NCBI RefSeq assembly: GCF_000299365.1
Contig: NC_018655.1
Location: 930,001 to 962,000 of the forward strand
DNA from: Candidatus Nitrosopumilus koreensis AR1
GTDB lineage: Archaea > Thermoproteota > Nitrososphaeria > Nitrososphaerales > Nitrosopumilaceae
Length of the DNA stretch: 32,000 bases
Reading direction: 5' to 3'
Part shown: positions 23,450 through 32,000 of the stretch, piece after piece
Position numbering within the stretch: position 1 is the first letter of the stretch
Layout: every line of letters starts with the position of its first letter
Notes under the pieces: generated by a model
The model's database searches: none
Seen by the model: only the letters and a program-made list of their open reading frames with translations
What the model was told of the DNA's origin: nothing
Made by a program: the position numbers and the translations under genes

Positions 23450-25183
23450 TTATACTCTTAGACTCAGTCTAGATTTTGCAGTAATTGCAACAATACTCAT
23501 GATTGAAACAACAAGAATTATCATCGCAATTGTTCCAAATTCAGGGACAACATTTGCAACGGTATCCATTTTTGTCAGTATTGCATCAACTTGTGCATTT
23601 ACTTCTGAGACAGGAACATCATTTTTGATCATGTTTCGAAGGTCTTCTCTTAACATGTGTTCAACATCTTCCATTAGTTCCTCTTGATCAAGTTCAACTA
23701 GAGGTCCCTCAAGGAACTCAAAGTTGTCAAGATATGCTTTAGTTGCAAGACTTAATGCTATGTCTTTATCTCCAGTTGCATATTCTTGTTTTGTTTGCTC
23801 AAGAAGTTCTCTGATATTTTCAACATATTCTAACAGATTCTCACTTTCGTCTTCAACACCTAAGATTTCGTCAATTTCATGAATGATTCCTCCTGCATAC
23901 GTTTCTACTTGAGTAGGCGTTGCTCTAGCATCATAAGATTCCCAAAGGTCTTCATAGAATTCATCAATCTCTTGAGCCATATGCGAATCAATATCATCCC
24001 TAATTGTATTGAAAATCTGCTGTGATCTCCATACAAATGCAGAACCATCTTGGAATTCTGCCATCTCTCCGATGACACCATCAGACACTGCTTCACCGTA
24101 TTCGGCTATGGATGTATCAAGTAAGACCTTCATTAAGACTAGTTTTGTGTTCACATCACTACTCAAATAGTCTCCAACAATAGTTGAACGAGCAATAGAA
24201 ACTACTTGTTTTGCGTCATCAATTGCCTGCTGAGCTTGTTGTCTTGAGACATCAGTACTTGCTTTGTCTTTTAACTCCATGAGAGTTTTTTGGACTTGTG
24301 CATCAAGGTTAGGATCCGATGCTTTGAGTTCTGGTTTCATGGAATCATACAATTCTGAAATTGGATGAGTTGCATGAATCAATGCAAGTTCAGCATTTCC
24401 ATCATCAAGATTTTGCTCTAGTGCCCAGAAATGTCCCAATGTCTCTTCAAGTGAAGAAGCAAAGGCTATTTTTGATTCTAGAGATTCATCAAGTTCGTGG
24501 ATAATGCCATTAGCAATAGTTGCTACTTGAGCAGGTTCTGCTCTAACATCATAAGCTAACCAGAGTTCGGCATACATCTCATCAATTTCTTCAGCTATGT
24601 GAGGATCAATGTCAGATTCTATTTCTGAGAAAATCTGTTGTGATCTCCATACAAATGCAGAACCATCTTGGAATTCTGCCATCTCTCCGATGACACCATC
24701 AGACACTGCTTCGCCATATTCGGCTATGGATGTATCAAGTAAGACCTTCATCAACTGCACTCTAAAGGCTGTATCTTGGCTTAATTTGTCTCCAACAATA
24801 GTTGAACGAGCAATAGAAACTACTTGTTTTGCGTCATCAATTGCCTGCTGAGCTTGTTGTCTTGAGACATCAGTACTTGCTTTGTCTTTTAACTCCATGA
24901 GAGTTTTTTGGACTTGTGCATCAAGGTTAGGATCCGATGCTTTGAGTTCTGGTTTCATGGAATCATACAATTCTGAAATTGGATGAGTTGCATGAATCAA
25001 TGCAAGTTCAGCATTTCCATCATCAAGATTTTGCTCTAGTGCCCAGAAATGTCCCAATGTCTCTTCAAGTGAAGAAGCAAATTCTGCTTTTTCTTGAAAG
25101 GAATCTGCAGAAGCCATTTGAAACGAGGTCACAGATAGAACCAACGAAGTCATTAGAATTGTCAATGCGGTTGATTTTTTCAT
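23450..25183 (-). CDS. Secreted PEFG-CTERM-type protein with internal tandem duplication
   Basis: Signal peptide MKKSTALTILMTSLVLSVTSFQMASA (track start 25216), C-terminus VVPEFGTIAMIILVVSIMSIVAITAKSRLSLRV (PEFG + TM + basic). Confidence 0.8.
   Translation of the reverse strand: MKKSTALTILMTSLVLSVTSFQMASADSFQEKAEFASSLEETLGHFWALEQNLDDGNAELALIHATHPISELYDSMKPELKASDPNLDAQVQKTLMELKDKASTDVSRQQAQQAIDDAKQVVSIARSTIVGDKLSQDTAFRVQLMKVLLDTSIAEYGEAVSDGVIGEMAEFQDGSAFVWRSQQIFSEIESDIDPHIAEEIDEMYAELWLAYDVRAEPAQVATIANGIIHELDESLESKIAFASSLEETLGHFWALEQNLDDGNAELALIHATHPISELYDSMKPELKASDPNLDAQVQKTLMELKDKASTDVSRQQAQQAIDDAKQVVSIARSTIVGDYLSSDVNTKLVLMKVLLDTSIAEYGEAVSDGVIGEMAEFQDGSAFVWRSQQIFNTIRDDIDSHMAQEIDEFYEDLWESYDARATPTQVETYAGGIIHEIDEILGVEDESENLLEYVENIRELLEQTKQEYATGDKDIALSLATKAYLDNFEFLEGPLVELDQEELMEDVEHMLREDLRNMIKNDVPVSEVNAQVDAILTKMDTVANVVPEFGTIAMIILVVSIMSIVAITAKSRLSLRV
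23846..25081 (-). repeat. Two tandem 618-bp (206 aa) coding repeats (23846-24463 and 24464-25081)
   Basis: EFASSLEETLGHFWALEQNLDDGNAEL... and KIAFASSLEETLGHFWALEQNLDDGNAEL...; DNA appears identical over 24171-24463 versus 24789-25081. Confidence 0.9.
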
Positions 25184-25475
25184 CAAAAAAAGTCCAAATT
25201 GAGATGATTTAAACAAAGTATTGATTCTGATGGCGTATTTTATATTCTTAGAATGTAGAACGATACAAAAATGTGAACCATTTCAAAAATTAGAGCGAAA
25301 ATGGAACCAAAAAGAACCATCACAGTACCACTACCCATCAGGTCCATGTATTTTATTTTTAGACCATCAAAGGTGTAAAACTATCAGGGTTTGAATGTGT
25401 GTTTATACAATTATTATAATTTTGTTTTGGTGGTAAATTAGCAGATTTTTATAAAATGATGATCTAGCAAATACA

Positions 25476-25598
25476 TGGAAAAGAAAAAGAAAGAAAATGA
25501 ACCATATGCAACTAATGATCCTACTAAGACAACAGCTGTAGAACAAGAAAACATGGCAAAAGAAGCCATCAAGAAATTCAAATCACTGAATAATTAGC
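25476..25598 (+). CDS. 40 aa charged microprotein, absent from ORF track
   Basis: MEKKKKENEPYATNDPTKTTAVEQENMAKEAIKKFKSLNN*. Confidence 0.45.
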
Positions 25599-25631
25599 AT
25601 TAATTACAGAGCAAGAGGTTTTTGAAAGATT

Positions 25632-26453
25632 ATGGGGCTGTTTGGCAAAAAAGAAGATCCAGAAGATTTGATGTACGATGCAATGGAAATGGTTGAAAGG
25701 AATCAGCCAAAAGCAGCCATATCATTATTCAACAAAGTCCTAAAACAAGAGCCAGAAAACACAGAGGCATTACTGCAAAAAGGATTAGCGTTAAACCAGA
25801 TTAAAAAATATCAAGACGCCATTACTTGTTTTGACAAACTTGTAGAAATAAACCCCAAGGATGCTCAAGCTCTAAACAATAGAGGGATATCTATGGCAGA
25901 AATTGGCAACGTACAAGGGGCTGCAGAATATTATGAAAAGGCAATTGAAGCAGACCCCAAATACGCTTCGGCCTACTTTAACAAAGGCGTACTGTTAGAC
26001 AAACTCCAAGAACATGAAGAAGCATTAACGGTTTTAGAAAAAGCAATCTCAATTGACCCAAAAAAACCCAATGCACTAATTTACAAAGGAATAGTGTTAG
26101 GCAAACTCAAGAGAAATGAAGAGGCTTTGAATTGCTTTTCTAATGTGTGTAAAAAATATCCAAATAATTTGGATGCATTCTTTCAAAAAGGAGTTCAGTT
26201 GGCAGAATTAGGTCAACACAAAAAAGCATTAGATGTTTTTAATGAGATTTCAAAAAAATTCAAAGACAATGTGAATATCCTATATGCAAAATCACGCAGT
26301 TTAGCAGCACTTGAGAGATATCCTGAATCATTAGAGATGCTAAAACAAGCAGTATCAACAAGCCCCAAAGTTATTCGGGCATGGGCAAAAGAAGAACCAA
26401 TATTTACAAAGTTGCACAGCAATGATCAATTTAGAAAAATAATAAAACTATAG
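25632..26453 (+). CDS. TPR repeat protein
   Basis: Repeated TPR signature (AISLFNKVLKQEPENTEALLQKGLALNQIKKYQDAITCFDKLVEINPKDAQALNNRG...). Confidence 0.9.
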   Translation: MGLFGKKEDPEDLMYDAMEMVERNQPKAAISLFNKVLKQEPENTEALLQKGLALNQIKKYQDAITCFDKLVEINPKDAQALNNRGISMAEIGNVQGAAEYYEKAIEADPKYASAYFNKGVLLDKLQEHEEALTVLEKAISIDPKKPNALIYKGIVLGKLKRNEEALNCFSNVCKKYPNNLDAFFQKGVQLAELGQHKKALDVFNEISKKFKDNVNILYAKSRSLAALERYPESLEMLKQAVSTSPKVIRAWAKEEPIFTKLHSNDQFRKIIKL

Positions 26454-27152
26454 AATTTTTTTACGTACTGCGTCTATTCGCATGAGTTCAACCTTCTTTT
26501 TGGGTCCAATCAATCTTGCCTCAAATATTGGAACATACACTTCAGTGATATCACGTAACACAAACTCTTCAGAGAGTTCCCTAACATCGGCTGCTAATGG
26601 TTTTTTCAAAAGTGATTTGAGACTTTCCAAAGCAGCATCATACGTCATTTCGGGCCTTTTGATATTTGGCTCATTTTTTTGCAGTATTCTCTTTGGATAA
26701 TTCTCTACAGTTTTTGAGTTTACTTTGAAAGGGAATTTTACCTCCCGTCCATGATGATCAAAAGTCAATTCATCTTCTTCTTCAACAAATACGTGCTCTT
26801 CTAATTTTATGTCAATCTTGTTTTTGCCCTTCTTTCCAACAAATGTTTTCTCCAATACGGATTTTGGGCGAGTTTGAAAAACACCATCTCCCAGTTCTAC
26901 CTCTTTTACATTAGAATCAACAGAGATGGTGTGAGTGGCTTTTCGATAGTAATCAGCAATGTATTTTCCAGATACCATCAGTATGCATTCATAGTATAGT
27001 TTGATGGAATGGATGTGAATCTGTTCTTTTTTTGGTCTGGACAACAATGACTTGAAGGGTTTTGTTTTCTTGTCTTCTACGATTTCTGTTGCTTCATCCA
27101 GATCTATATTTTTTCGTAAAACAACAGTCTTTACATCATATGTCTTGTTCAA
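26448..27152 (-). CDS. Conserved hypothetical protein
   Basis: 234 aa continuous ORF, coding-like composition. Confidence 0.6.
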   Translation of the reverse strand: MNKTYDVKTVVLRKNIDLDEATEIVEDKKTKPFKSLLSRPKKEQIHIHSIKLYYECILMVSGKYIADYYRKATHTISVDSNVKEVELGDGVFQTRPKSVLEKTFVGKKGKNKIDIKLEEHVFVEEEDELTFDHHGREVKFPFKVNSKTVENYPKRILQKNEPNIKRPEMTYDAALESLKSLLKKPLAADVRELSEEFVLRDITEVYVPIFEARLIGPKKKVELMRIDAVRKKIL

Positions 27153-27234
27153 AACTATACAAATTATACAATTCCATCTATTAAACAGATTCTGTCATGA
27201 AAAGAGATAATAGATTTGATATTCATTAAAAACT

Positions 27235-27597
27235 ATGGCAGCAAAAAAAGCAGGATATATTGAGAAGTTTCTAAAAAAAGCAGACAAGGCACTTCAAGAA
27301 GGAGTTAAAAGAGCCGATGAAGTATTAGAAGACGCAGTAGAGTTTGGAACAATGACTGCAAAACAGGCAGCACAAGCAAGCAAAGAAATCCGCAAGCAGG
27401 CAAAAAAAGAAAGTGATGAATTGCAAAAAAAGGGTGCCAAAAAAATTAGCGAGGGAATTACTGCTGCAAAGAACATATCTTCAAGTACAGATGATGAATT
27501 GGCAACATTAGAAAAACTAGGAAAACTTAGAAAGGCAGGAGTAATCACTGAAAAAGAATTCCAAGCAAAGAAAAAGAAAATCCTAGGAAGAATTTAG
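27235..27597 (+). CDS. Helical protein with C-terminal SHOCT-like domain
   Basis: Amphipathic Lys/Glu/Ala-rich N-terminus; TDDELATLEKLGKLRKAGVITEKEFQAKKKKILGRI. Confidence 0.75.
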   Translation: MAAKKAGYIEKFLKKADKALQEGVKRADEVLEDAVEFGTMTAKQAAQASKEIRKQAKKESDELQKKGAKKISEGITAAKNISSSTDDELATLEKLGKLRKAGVITEKEFQAKKKKILGRI

Positions 27598-27599
27598 AG

Positions 27600-28055
27600 A
27601 TGAAAAAATCAAACATTCACGGTATCAATGATAAAAGAAATGTAAATCCTGATTGGTTTACATCTAAAACATGGATGAAAGTATTATCTGAAAAAATAAA
27701 ATCAGAAGACCAAGACATCTATCATGTTCATTTTGAAAAAGGTTCAAGAACTAAACTTCATACACATAATGGTAATCAAGTATTAATTGCAACAAAGGGA
27801 AAAGGAAGTCTTGAGATTTTTCGAAAGTACGGAACAAGCAAGAGTGACTTTAAGATAAAAAAAACTGAAAGAATCACTATGAATGAAGGAGATATTGTGC
27901 ACATACCTGCAAAGACACTTCACACTCATGGTTCTATAGATAAAAAAAAGACGTTTTCTCACATTGCAATCAACATATTGCCACGAAAAAATGCAGAATA
28001 CAAAACAGTTTGGTGGGAATCAGATTTTAAGACAAAGGCTTTCAACATAATCTAG
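27600..28055 (+). CDS. Cupin domain protein
   Basis: HVHFEKGSRTKLHTHNGNQVLIATKGKGSLEI ... GDIVHIPAKTLHTHG. Confidence 0.85.
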   Translation: MKKSNIHGINDKRNVNPDWFTSKTWMKVLSEKIKSEDQDIYHVHFEKGSRTKLHTHNGNQVLIATKGKGSLEIFRKYGTSKSDFKIKKTERITMNEGDIVHIPAKTLHTHGSIDKKKTFSHIAINILPRKNAEYKTVWWESDFKTKAFNII

Positions 28056-28057
28056 CA

Positions 28058-28414
28058 ATGTCATTACGAAAAAATTCAGAGATAGAGTCAATTCAAGGAA
28101 ACGAAGGAACTACGATCAAACAGTTTTTTGATCCGCACAATACAGAGATAGGTTACAGCCTTGCCCAATTTACATTAGAGCCAGGAAAAAAATCAAAACT
28201 TCACAAACTAAAATCATCTGAAATTTATTACATTTTAGAGGGAAATGCAAGTCTGATGATTGATGACAAAGTTCTAGAACTAAACAAAGACGATTCTGCA
28301 TGCGTGCCACCAAACTCCAAACAATCCATCAAAAATACAGGAGAGCAAAACTTGAGGTTTTTATGCATAGTAGAGCCAGCATGGAAAGCAGAAGACGAGA
28401 TCATGCTAGAATGA
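28058..28414 (+). CDS. Cupin domain protein
   Basis: YSLAQFTLEPGKKSKLHKLKSSEIYYILEGNASLMIDDKVLELNKDDSACVPPNSKQSIKN. Confidence 0.85.
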   Translation: MSLRKNSEIESIQGNEGTTIKQFFDPHNTEIGYSLAQFTLEPGKKSKLHKLKSSEIYYILEGNASLMIDDKVLELNKDDSACVPPNSKQSIKNTGEQNLRFLCIVEPAWKAEDEIMLE

Positions 28415-28472
28415 ATAACCCATACATGAATAATAGAAATTATTTTTAAAAGATGGCAAATCTCTAAGTTTA

Positions 28473-29138
28473 GTGAATACGTATCAAGCTCTCAAAGTAC
28501 TAGATGTTGATTCCAACTCATCCCAGGAGGAGATAAAATCTGCGTTTAGAAGAAAGGCACTAGAGCATCACCCGGATAAAAGTAAGAACAAAAATGAAGA
28601 TATAGAATTTAAAAAAATTACAGAGGCATATGAATTTCTGAAAAAAAATCACCATCAAAGAAATGAGGTGTATCACAAAGAACAATCAAGGCCAAAATCA
28701 GATTTCAAAAGAAAGCCATGGGGAGCTCCAGAGGATGAAAAAATTCCAGAACAAGATTGGGGCAAATACACAAAAGAATTCGAAGAAGGGGATCCGGATT
28801 TTTGGAAAGAGTATGAGAAAAATTTTTGGGAAGAGTATAACGCAAGAGTTCGTCCAGATGGAAGAAATGGAGAGTATGAAAAGGCAAAAGAGCCTAAGAA
28901 ACAGCCCAATCTCTTTGTAGATGTAGACAAGAGTTTGTGTATTGGTTGTTGCAGTTGTGAGATAATTGCACCAGATGTATTTCAAATCAACAAAGAGAAA
29001 ATGATGAATCCAAAATCATCAGTGATTGATCCAAAAGGTGCGGGAGTAAACAAGATTATGGATGCGGCAATGACTTGTCCCACAAAAGCAATAATTGTTG
29101 AAGATACGGACACAAAAGAGAGAATGTATCCGTATTGA
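28473..29138 (+). CDS. J-domain / ferredoxin fusion protein
   Basis: N-terminal J domain with HPD (FRRKALEHHPDKSKNK) and C-terminal ferredoxin motif CIGCCSC...CPTKA. Confidence 0.88.
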   Translation: MNTYQALKVLDVDSNSSQEEIKSAFRRKALEHHPDKSKNKNEDIEFKKITEAYEFLKKNHHQRNEVYHKEQSRPKSDFKRKPWGAPEDEKIPEQDWGKYTKEFEEGDPDFWKEYEKNFWEEYNARVRPDGRNGEYEKAKEPKKQPNLFVDVDKSLCIGCCSCEIIAPDVFQINKEKMMNPKSSVIDPKGAGVNKIMDAAMTCPTKAIIVEDTDTKERMYPY

Positions 29139-29140
29139 GA

Positions 29141-29548
29141 TTAAATTTTTAGTTTTTCATATAGTTCATTTAATTCAGAATCAGATAACTTCAAGGTACC
29201 ATCAAACATGCTGTGTATTGCAGATGCAGAATCATTAGAACTTCTTGGAACCAAATGCACATGCACATGAGGAACTTCTTGTCCTGCTTCTTTTCCATTA
29301 TGAACTGCAACTAAAGTTGCACCTGAAATTGAATCAACTTTGGAGATCATCTTGTGTACAAATGAAAATAAATCGGTGTTTTCAGCATCAGACATGTCTT
29401 GAATTTTTTGGTGATGGTTTTTTGGAATCACCAGAACATGTCCTTTTGCAAGCGGAAAGGCATCAAGAAATGAAATAGAACTAGCAGACTCTCCAAGTAT
29501 TTTACAAGGGATTTCTTTTGCAATGATTTTACAAAAAATGCAATCCAT
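29141..29548 (-). CDS. HIT family protein
   Basis: CIFCKIIAKEIPCKIL; catalytic HVHVHLVPR. Confidence 0.93.
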   Translation of the reverse strand: MDCIFCKIIAKEIPCKILGESASSISFLDAFPLAKGHVLVIPKNHHQKIQDMSDAENTDLFSFVHKMISKVDSISGATLVAVHNGKEAGQEVPHVHVHLVPRSSNDSASAIHSMFDGTLKLSDSELNELYEKLKI

Positions 29549-29576
29549 AATGTTTCATAGTTTTTTTGATATTAAA

Positions 29577-29861
29577 TCATTGACTTGGTTCAACAATTGT
29601 TGCCCATGCCAGCCCTTTGCCAAACTTTATGGTTACTACATCTCCAGGAACAAGAGTACAATCTTCAATTGTTTTTGGTACGGCATCACTAGTTTCGACA
29701 TAACATATTCCGTTATCGTTGTTCAAAAGTTCAACATCTTCGTAGACATCTTCACGAATTAAATTCCAAAATGGAAACACAAGTGTGGATAATACTAATC
29801 CTGCAACCACAAATGCACCTCCAAAGATTAAACCCGCCTTTTGGCTGGAGCTAATTTCCAT
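29577..29861 (-). CDS. Hypothetical membrane protein, single N-terminal TM
   Basis: MEISSSQKAGLIFGGAFVVAGLVLSTLVFPFW; track start 29879 would overlap the upstream gene. Confidence 0.6.
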   Translation of the reverse strand: MEISSSQKAGLIFGGAFVVAGLVLSTLVFPFWNLIREDVYEDVELLNNDNGICYVETSDAVPKTIEDCTLVPGDVVTIKFGKGLAWATIVEPSQ

Positions 29862-29862
29862 T

Positions 29863-30030
29863 CTACCAAGTACCGCCATCGCCTGCGTTAGGATCTAATT
29901 TCTTTGCAGGAACATTTCCATGTGCTTTTTTCATATGTCTTTTCAGGCGTTCAGGATCATGTAGTTCTGTACCACACGTATCACATTTTGTTTGGTTATC
30001 CTTGTCCTTGTTACGTTTGAACAAACCCAT
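29863..30030 (-). CDS. 55 aa C2H2 zinc-finger microprotein, absent from ORF track
   Basis: MGLFKRNKDKDNQTKCDTCGTELHDPERLKRHMKKAHGNVPAKKLDPNAGDGGTW*; C-X2-C-X12-H-X4-H. Confidence 0.75.
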   Translation of the reverse strand: MGLFKRNKDKDNQTKCDTCGTELHDPERLKRHMKKAHGNVPAKKLDPNAGDGGTW

Positions 30031-30084
30031 ATTTTGTTAAAATTTTGAAATACATTATAAAGGATACGTGATTTTGGGAAAAAC

Positions 30085-31224
30085 ATGACGATAAAAAATA
30101 TCACCGTTTTAGGTTCTGGAGTAATGGGACACGGGATTGCACAAGTATCAGCCACTGCAGGATACAATATTGTTCTAAGAGATATCGAGCAAGGATTCTT
30201 GGATAAGGCAATGGAGAAAATAAGATGGAGTTTAGATAAATTAGTTTCAAAGGAAAAAATATCTAAAGAAGAGGCTGATGCAATTTTTGGTAGAATCAAA
30301 CCAGTTGTGGATTTGAAAGAAGCTGTAAAAGATGCAGAGTTAGTAATAGAAGTAGTGCCAGAGATTATGGATTTGAAGAAAAAAGTCTATGCAGAACTAG
30401 ATCAAGTTGCAGCACCAGAAGTCATCTTTGCATCAAACACCAGCACATTGCCAATAACAGAGATTGCAGATACGACATCGAGACCAGACAAATTTATTGG
30501 AATTCATTTCTTCAACCCTCCACAATTAATGAAACTAGTAGAAGTAATTCCAGGTGAGAAAACATCTCAAGAAGTTACTGAACTGACCAAAGATTTTGTA
30601 AAATCAGTTAACAAACAAGCCGTATTATGCAGAAAAGATGTTCCAGGATTTATCATCAATCGATTATTCATCCCAATGGTTCACGAAGCATGTTATGTAA
30701 AAGATAGAACTGGGGCAACTCTTGAAGAGATTGATTCGGCAGTAAAATTCAAGCTAGGATTTCCTATGGGCATCTTTGAATTGGCAGATTTCACAGGCAT
30801 GGATGTAATACATAAAGCAACAGTGGAGATGCATTTGAGAGACAAAAAAGTGATCAATCCACACCCATTAGTTGAAAAAATGTTTGATGAAAAAAAGTTA
30901 GGTCAAAAATCAGGTGAGGGGTATTACAAATATTCAGATGACAAGTATGAAAGAGTTACACTGTCTGAGGAATTGGCACAAAAATGCAACCCAATTCAAC
31001 TTGTTGCCAACATTCTAAACAACGCAGCATGGCTTGTCACAAATGGAGCAAGTGATATTGAAGAGATTGAAAAAGCAGCACAGTTAGGATTAGGTCTAAA
31101 AAAACCATTATTTGAAACAGCAAAAGAGATAGGCATCAAAAATATTGTAGATGAGCTAAACAAACTTGCCAAAGAACACGGAGAGTTTTACAAACCAGAT
31201 CCGTTGTTAGTGTCCATGCAATAA
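30085..31224 (+). CDS. 3-hydroxyacyl-CoA (3-hydroxybutyryl-CoA) dehydrogenase
   Basis: VLGSGVMGHGIAQVSATAGYNIVLRDI; FASNTSTLPITEIA; GIHFFNPPQLMKLVEVI; GFIINRLFIPM. Confidence 0.93.
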   Translation: MTIKNITVLGSGVMGHGIAQVSATAGYNIVLRDIEQGFLDKAMEKIRWSLDKLVSKEKISKEEADAIFGRIKPVVDLKEAVKDAELVIEVVPEIMDLKKKVYAELDQVAAPEVIFASNTSTLPITEIADTTSRPDKFIGIHFFNPPQLMKLVEVIPGEKTSQEVTELTKDFVKSVNKQAVLCRKDVPGFIINRLFIPMVHEACYVKDRTGATLEEIDSAVKFKLGFPMGIFELADFTGMDVIHKATVEMHLRDKKVINPHPLVEKMFDEKKLGQKSGEGYYKYSDDKYERVTLSEELAQKCNPIQLVANILNNAAWLVTNGASDIEEIEKAAQLGLGLKKPLFETAKEIGIKNIVDELNKLAKEHGEFYKPDPLLVSMQ

Positions 31225-31476
31225 TTAATGGATTCCCAGATGTTCTTTTATTTTACCTACATCTTCTCCAATCATTGCAATCTGGCTGCTTAGTGCCCAC
31301 ACAGAATTTCTTGACTGAATGTTTTGATTGTTTAGATATTTTACCAAAGTCATGGTAAATTCAGAATTTTTTGTAGTCTCAAGATAGCAGATGATTTCAT
31401 CTATCATTTGAGGAGGCAACCCCTTGTCTAATTTATCAATGAGTTGTTTGCATTCCTCATCATTTTGAATTACCAT
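31225..31476 (-). CDS. Hypothetical protein
   Basis: 83 aa ORF, antisense to nothing else. Confidence 0.5.
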   Translation of the reverse strand: MVIQNDEECKQLIDKLDKGLPPQMIDEIICYLETTKNSEFTMTLVKYLNNQNIQSRNSVWALSSQIAMIGEDVGKIKEHLGIH

Positions 31477-31508
31477 TATACAATATACGAACTTTTGATT
31501 AAAGAAGA

Positions 31509-32000
31509 TTATGGGGAGAGTAATTCCAGAATTTTTTGAACTGCTTCTTGAGGAGTATCTGCTCCAACTATTTTGATATTTTCTCGGTGATCAAGATATC
31601 CATCAATGTATGGATCAACTGAGCTATTCAAATTTCTGATTGCAACCATAGGTTTTTTGTGCATGTATGCAGCACAGGTTTCAGACAAAGTTCCAGAACC
31701 ACCACCTACAATTATCACACCATCAGCAGACAATGCATTAAGAAAATCACGAGCAAGTCCCATCCCAGTTGGAATTACAATATCACAGAACTCGTTTGCT
31801 TCTGAAGGATCATTTTGAGGTATAATTCCAACAGTCAAGCCATTTGCATCTTTAGCACCATGAGCTGCAGCAGTCATTACACCACCTAATCCCCCACAAA
31901 TTAAAACAGAACCAGATTTTGCAATTTCTACTCCTACCTCATATGCAATCTTCTCATGGTTAGGCAAGCATCCCTTGGTATTATTGCCAATAACTAAGAT
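31509..32000 (-). CDS. TIGR00725/LOG-like Rossmann protein, N-terminus beyond window edge
   Basis: CGGLGGVMTAAAHGAKDANGLTVGI; IIVGGGSGTLSE; frame remains open upstream of the track start as ILVIGNNTKGCLPNHEK through base 32000. Confidence 0.85.
   Translation of the reverse strand: MLVIGNNTKGCLPNHEKIAYEVGVEIAKSGSVLICGGLGGVMTAAAHGAKDANGLTVGIIPQNDPSEANEFCDIVIPTGMGLARDFLNALSADGVIIVGGGSGTLSETCAAYMHKKPMVAIRNLNSSVDPYIDGYLDHRENIKIVGADTPQEAVQKILELLSP

Noticed and set aside
28663-28985. Overlapping ORFs in both strands inside the J-domain/ferredoxin gene
   Set aside because: Alternative frames of a clear two-domain coding sequence.

Overview
The window is a gene-dense, low-GC archaeal segment. The 16S sequence, TFB, the hydroxypropionate/hydroxybutyrate-cycle-type dehydrogenase, the PEFG C-terminal signal and the recurrent W..W repeat proteins point to an ammonia-oxidising Thaumarchaeota/Nitrososphaerota, probably Nitrosopumilus-like. 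This assignment is inferred from recognition, not a database search. The core is a 16S-23S rRNA operon (about 15951-20565) with no recognisable tRNA in the spacer; inverted repeats flank both rRNAs. Around it lie mostly housekeeping genes: YchF-like GTPase, CoA-binding protein, BirA-like biotin ligase, TFB, phosphoribosyltransferase, UspA, MsrA, methyltransferase, RDD protein, a GSA-aminomutase-like aminotransferase, TPR protein, cupins, J-domain/ferredoxin fusion, HIT protein, and 3-hydroxyacyl-CoA dehydrogenase. I found no CRISPR, transposon, prophage or obvious defence system. The most interesting items are: (1) a compact polyhydroxyalkanoate locus (phaE-phaC facing a phasin-like gene, a phasin/AbrB-like fusion and an alpha/beta hydrolase) in which phaE is split by a frameshift at an A9 tract; (2) two more genes split at homopolymers (A6 at 13746, T7 at 22355), which together suggest base-calling errors unless verified; (3) a PEFG-CTERM secreted protein with a near-identical 618-bp tandem duplication; (4) a TPR + W-repeat + matrixin-like metalloprotease; (5) several unannotated zinc-binding or charged microproteins; (6) a palindrome/hairpin-rich intergenic region at 23036-23449. 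I do not see convincing evidence for a wholly new system.
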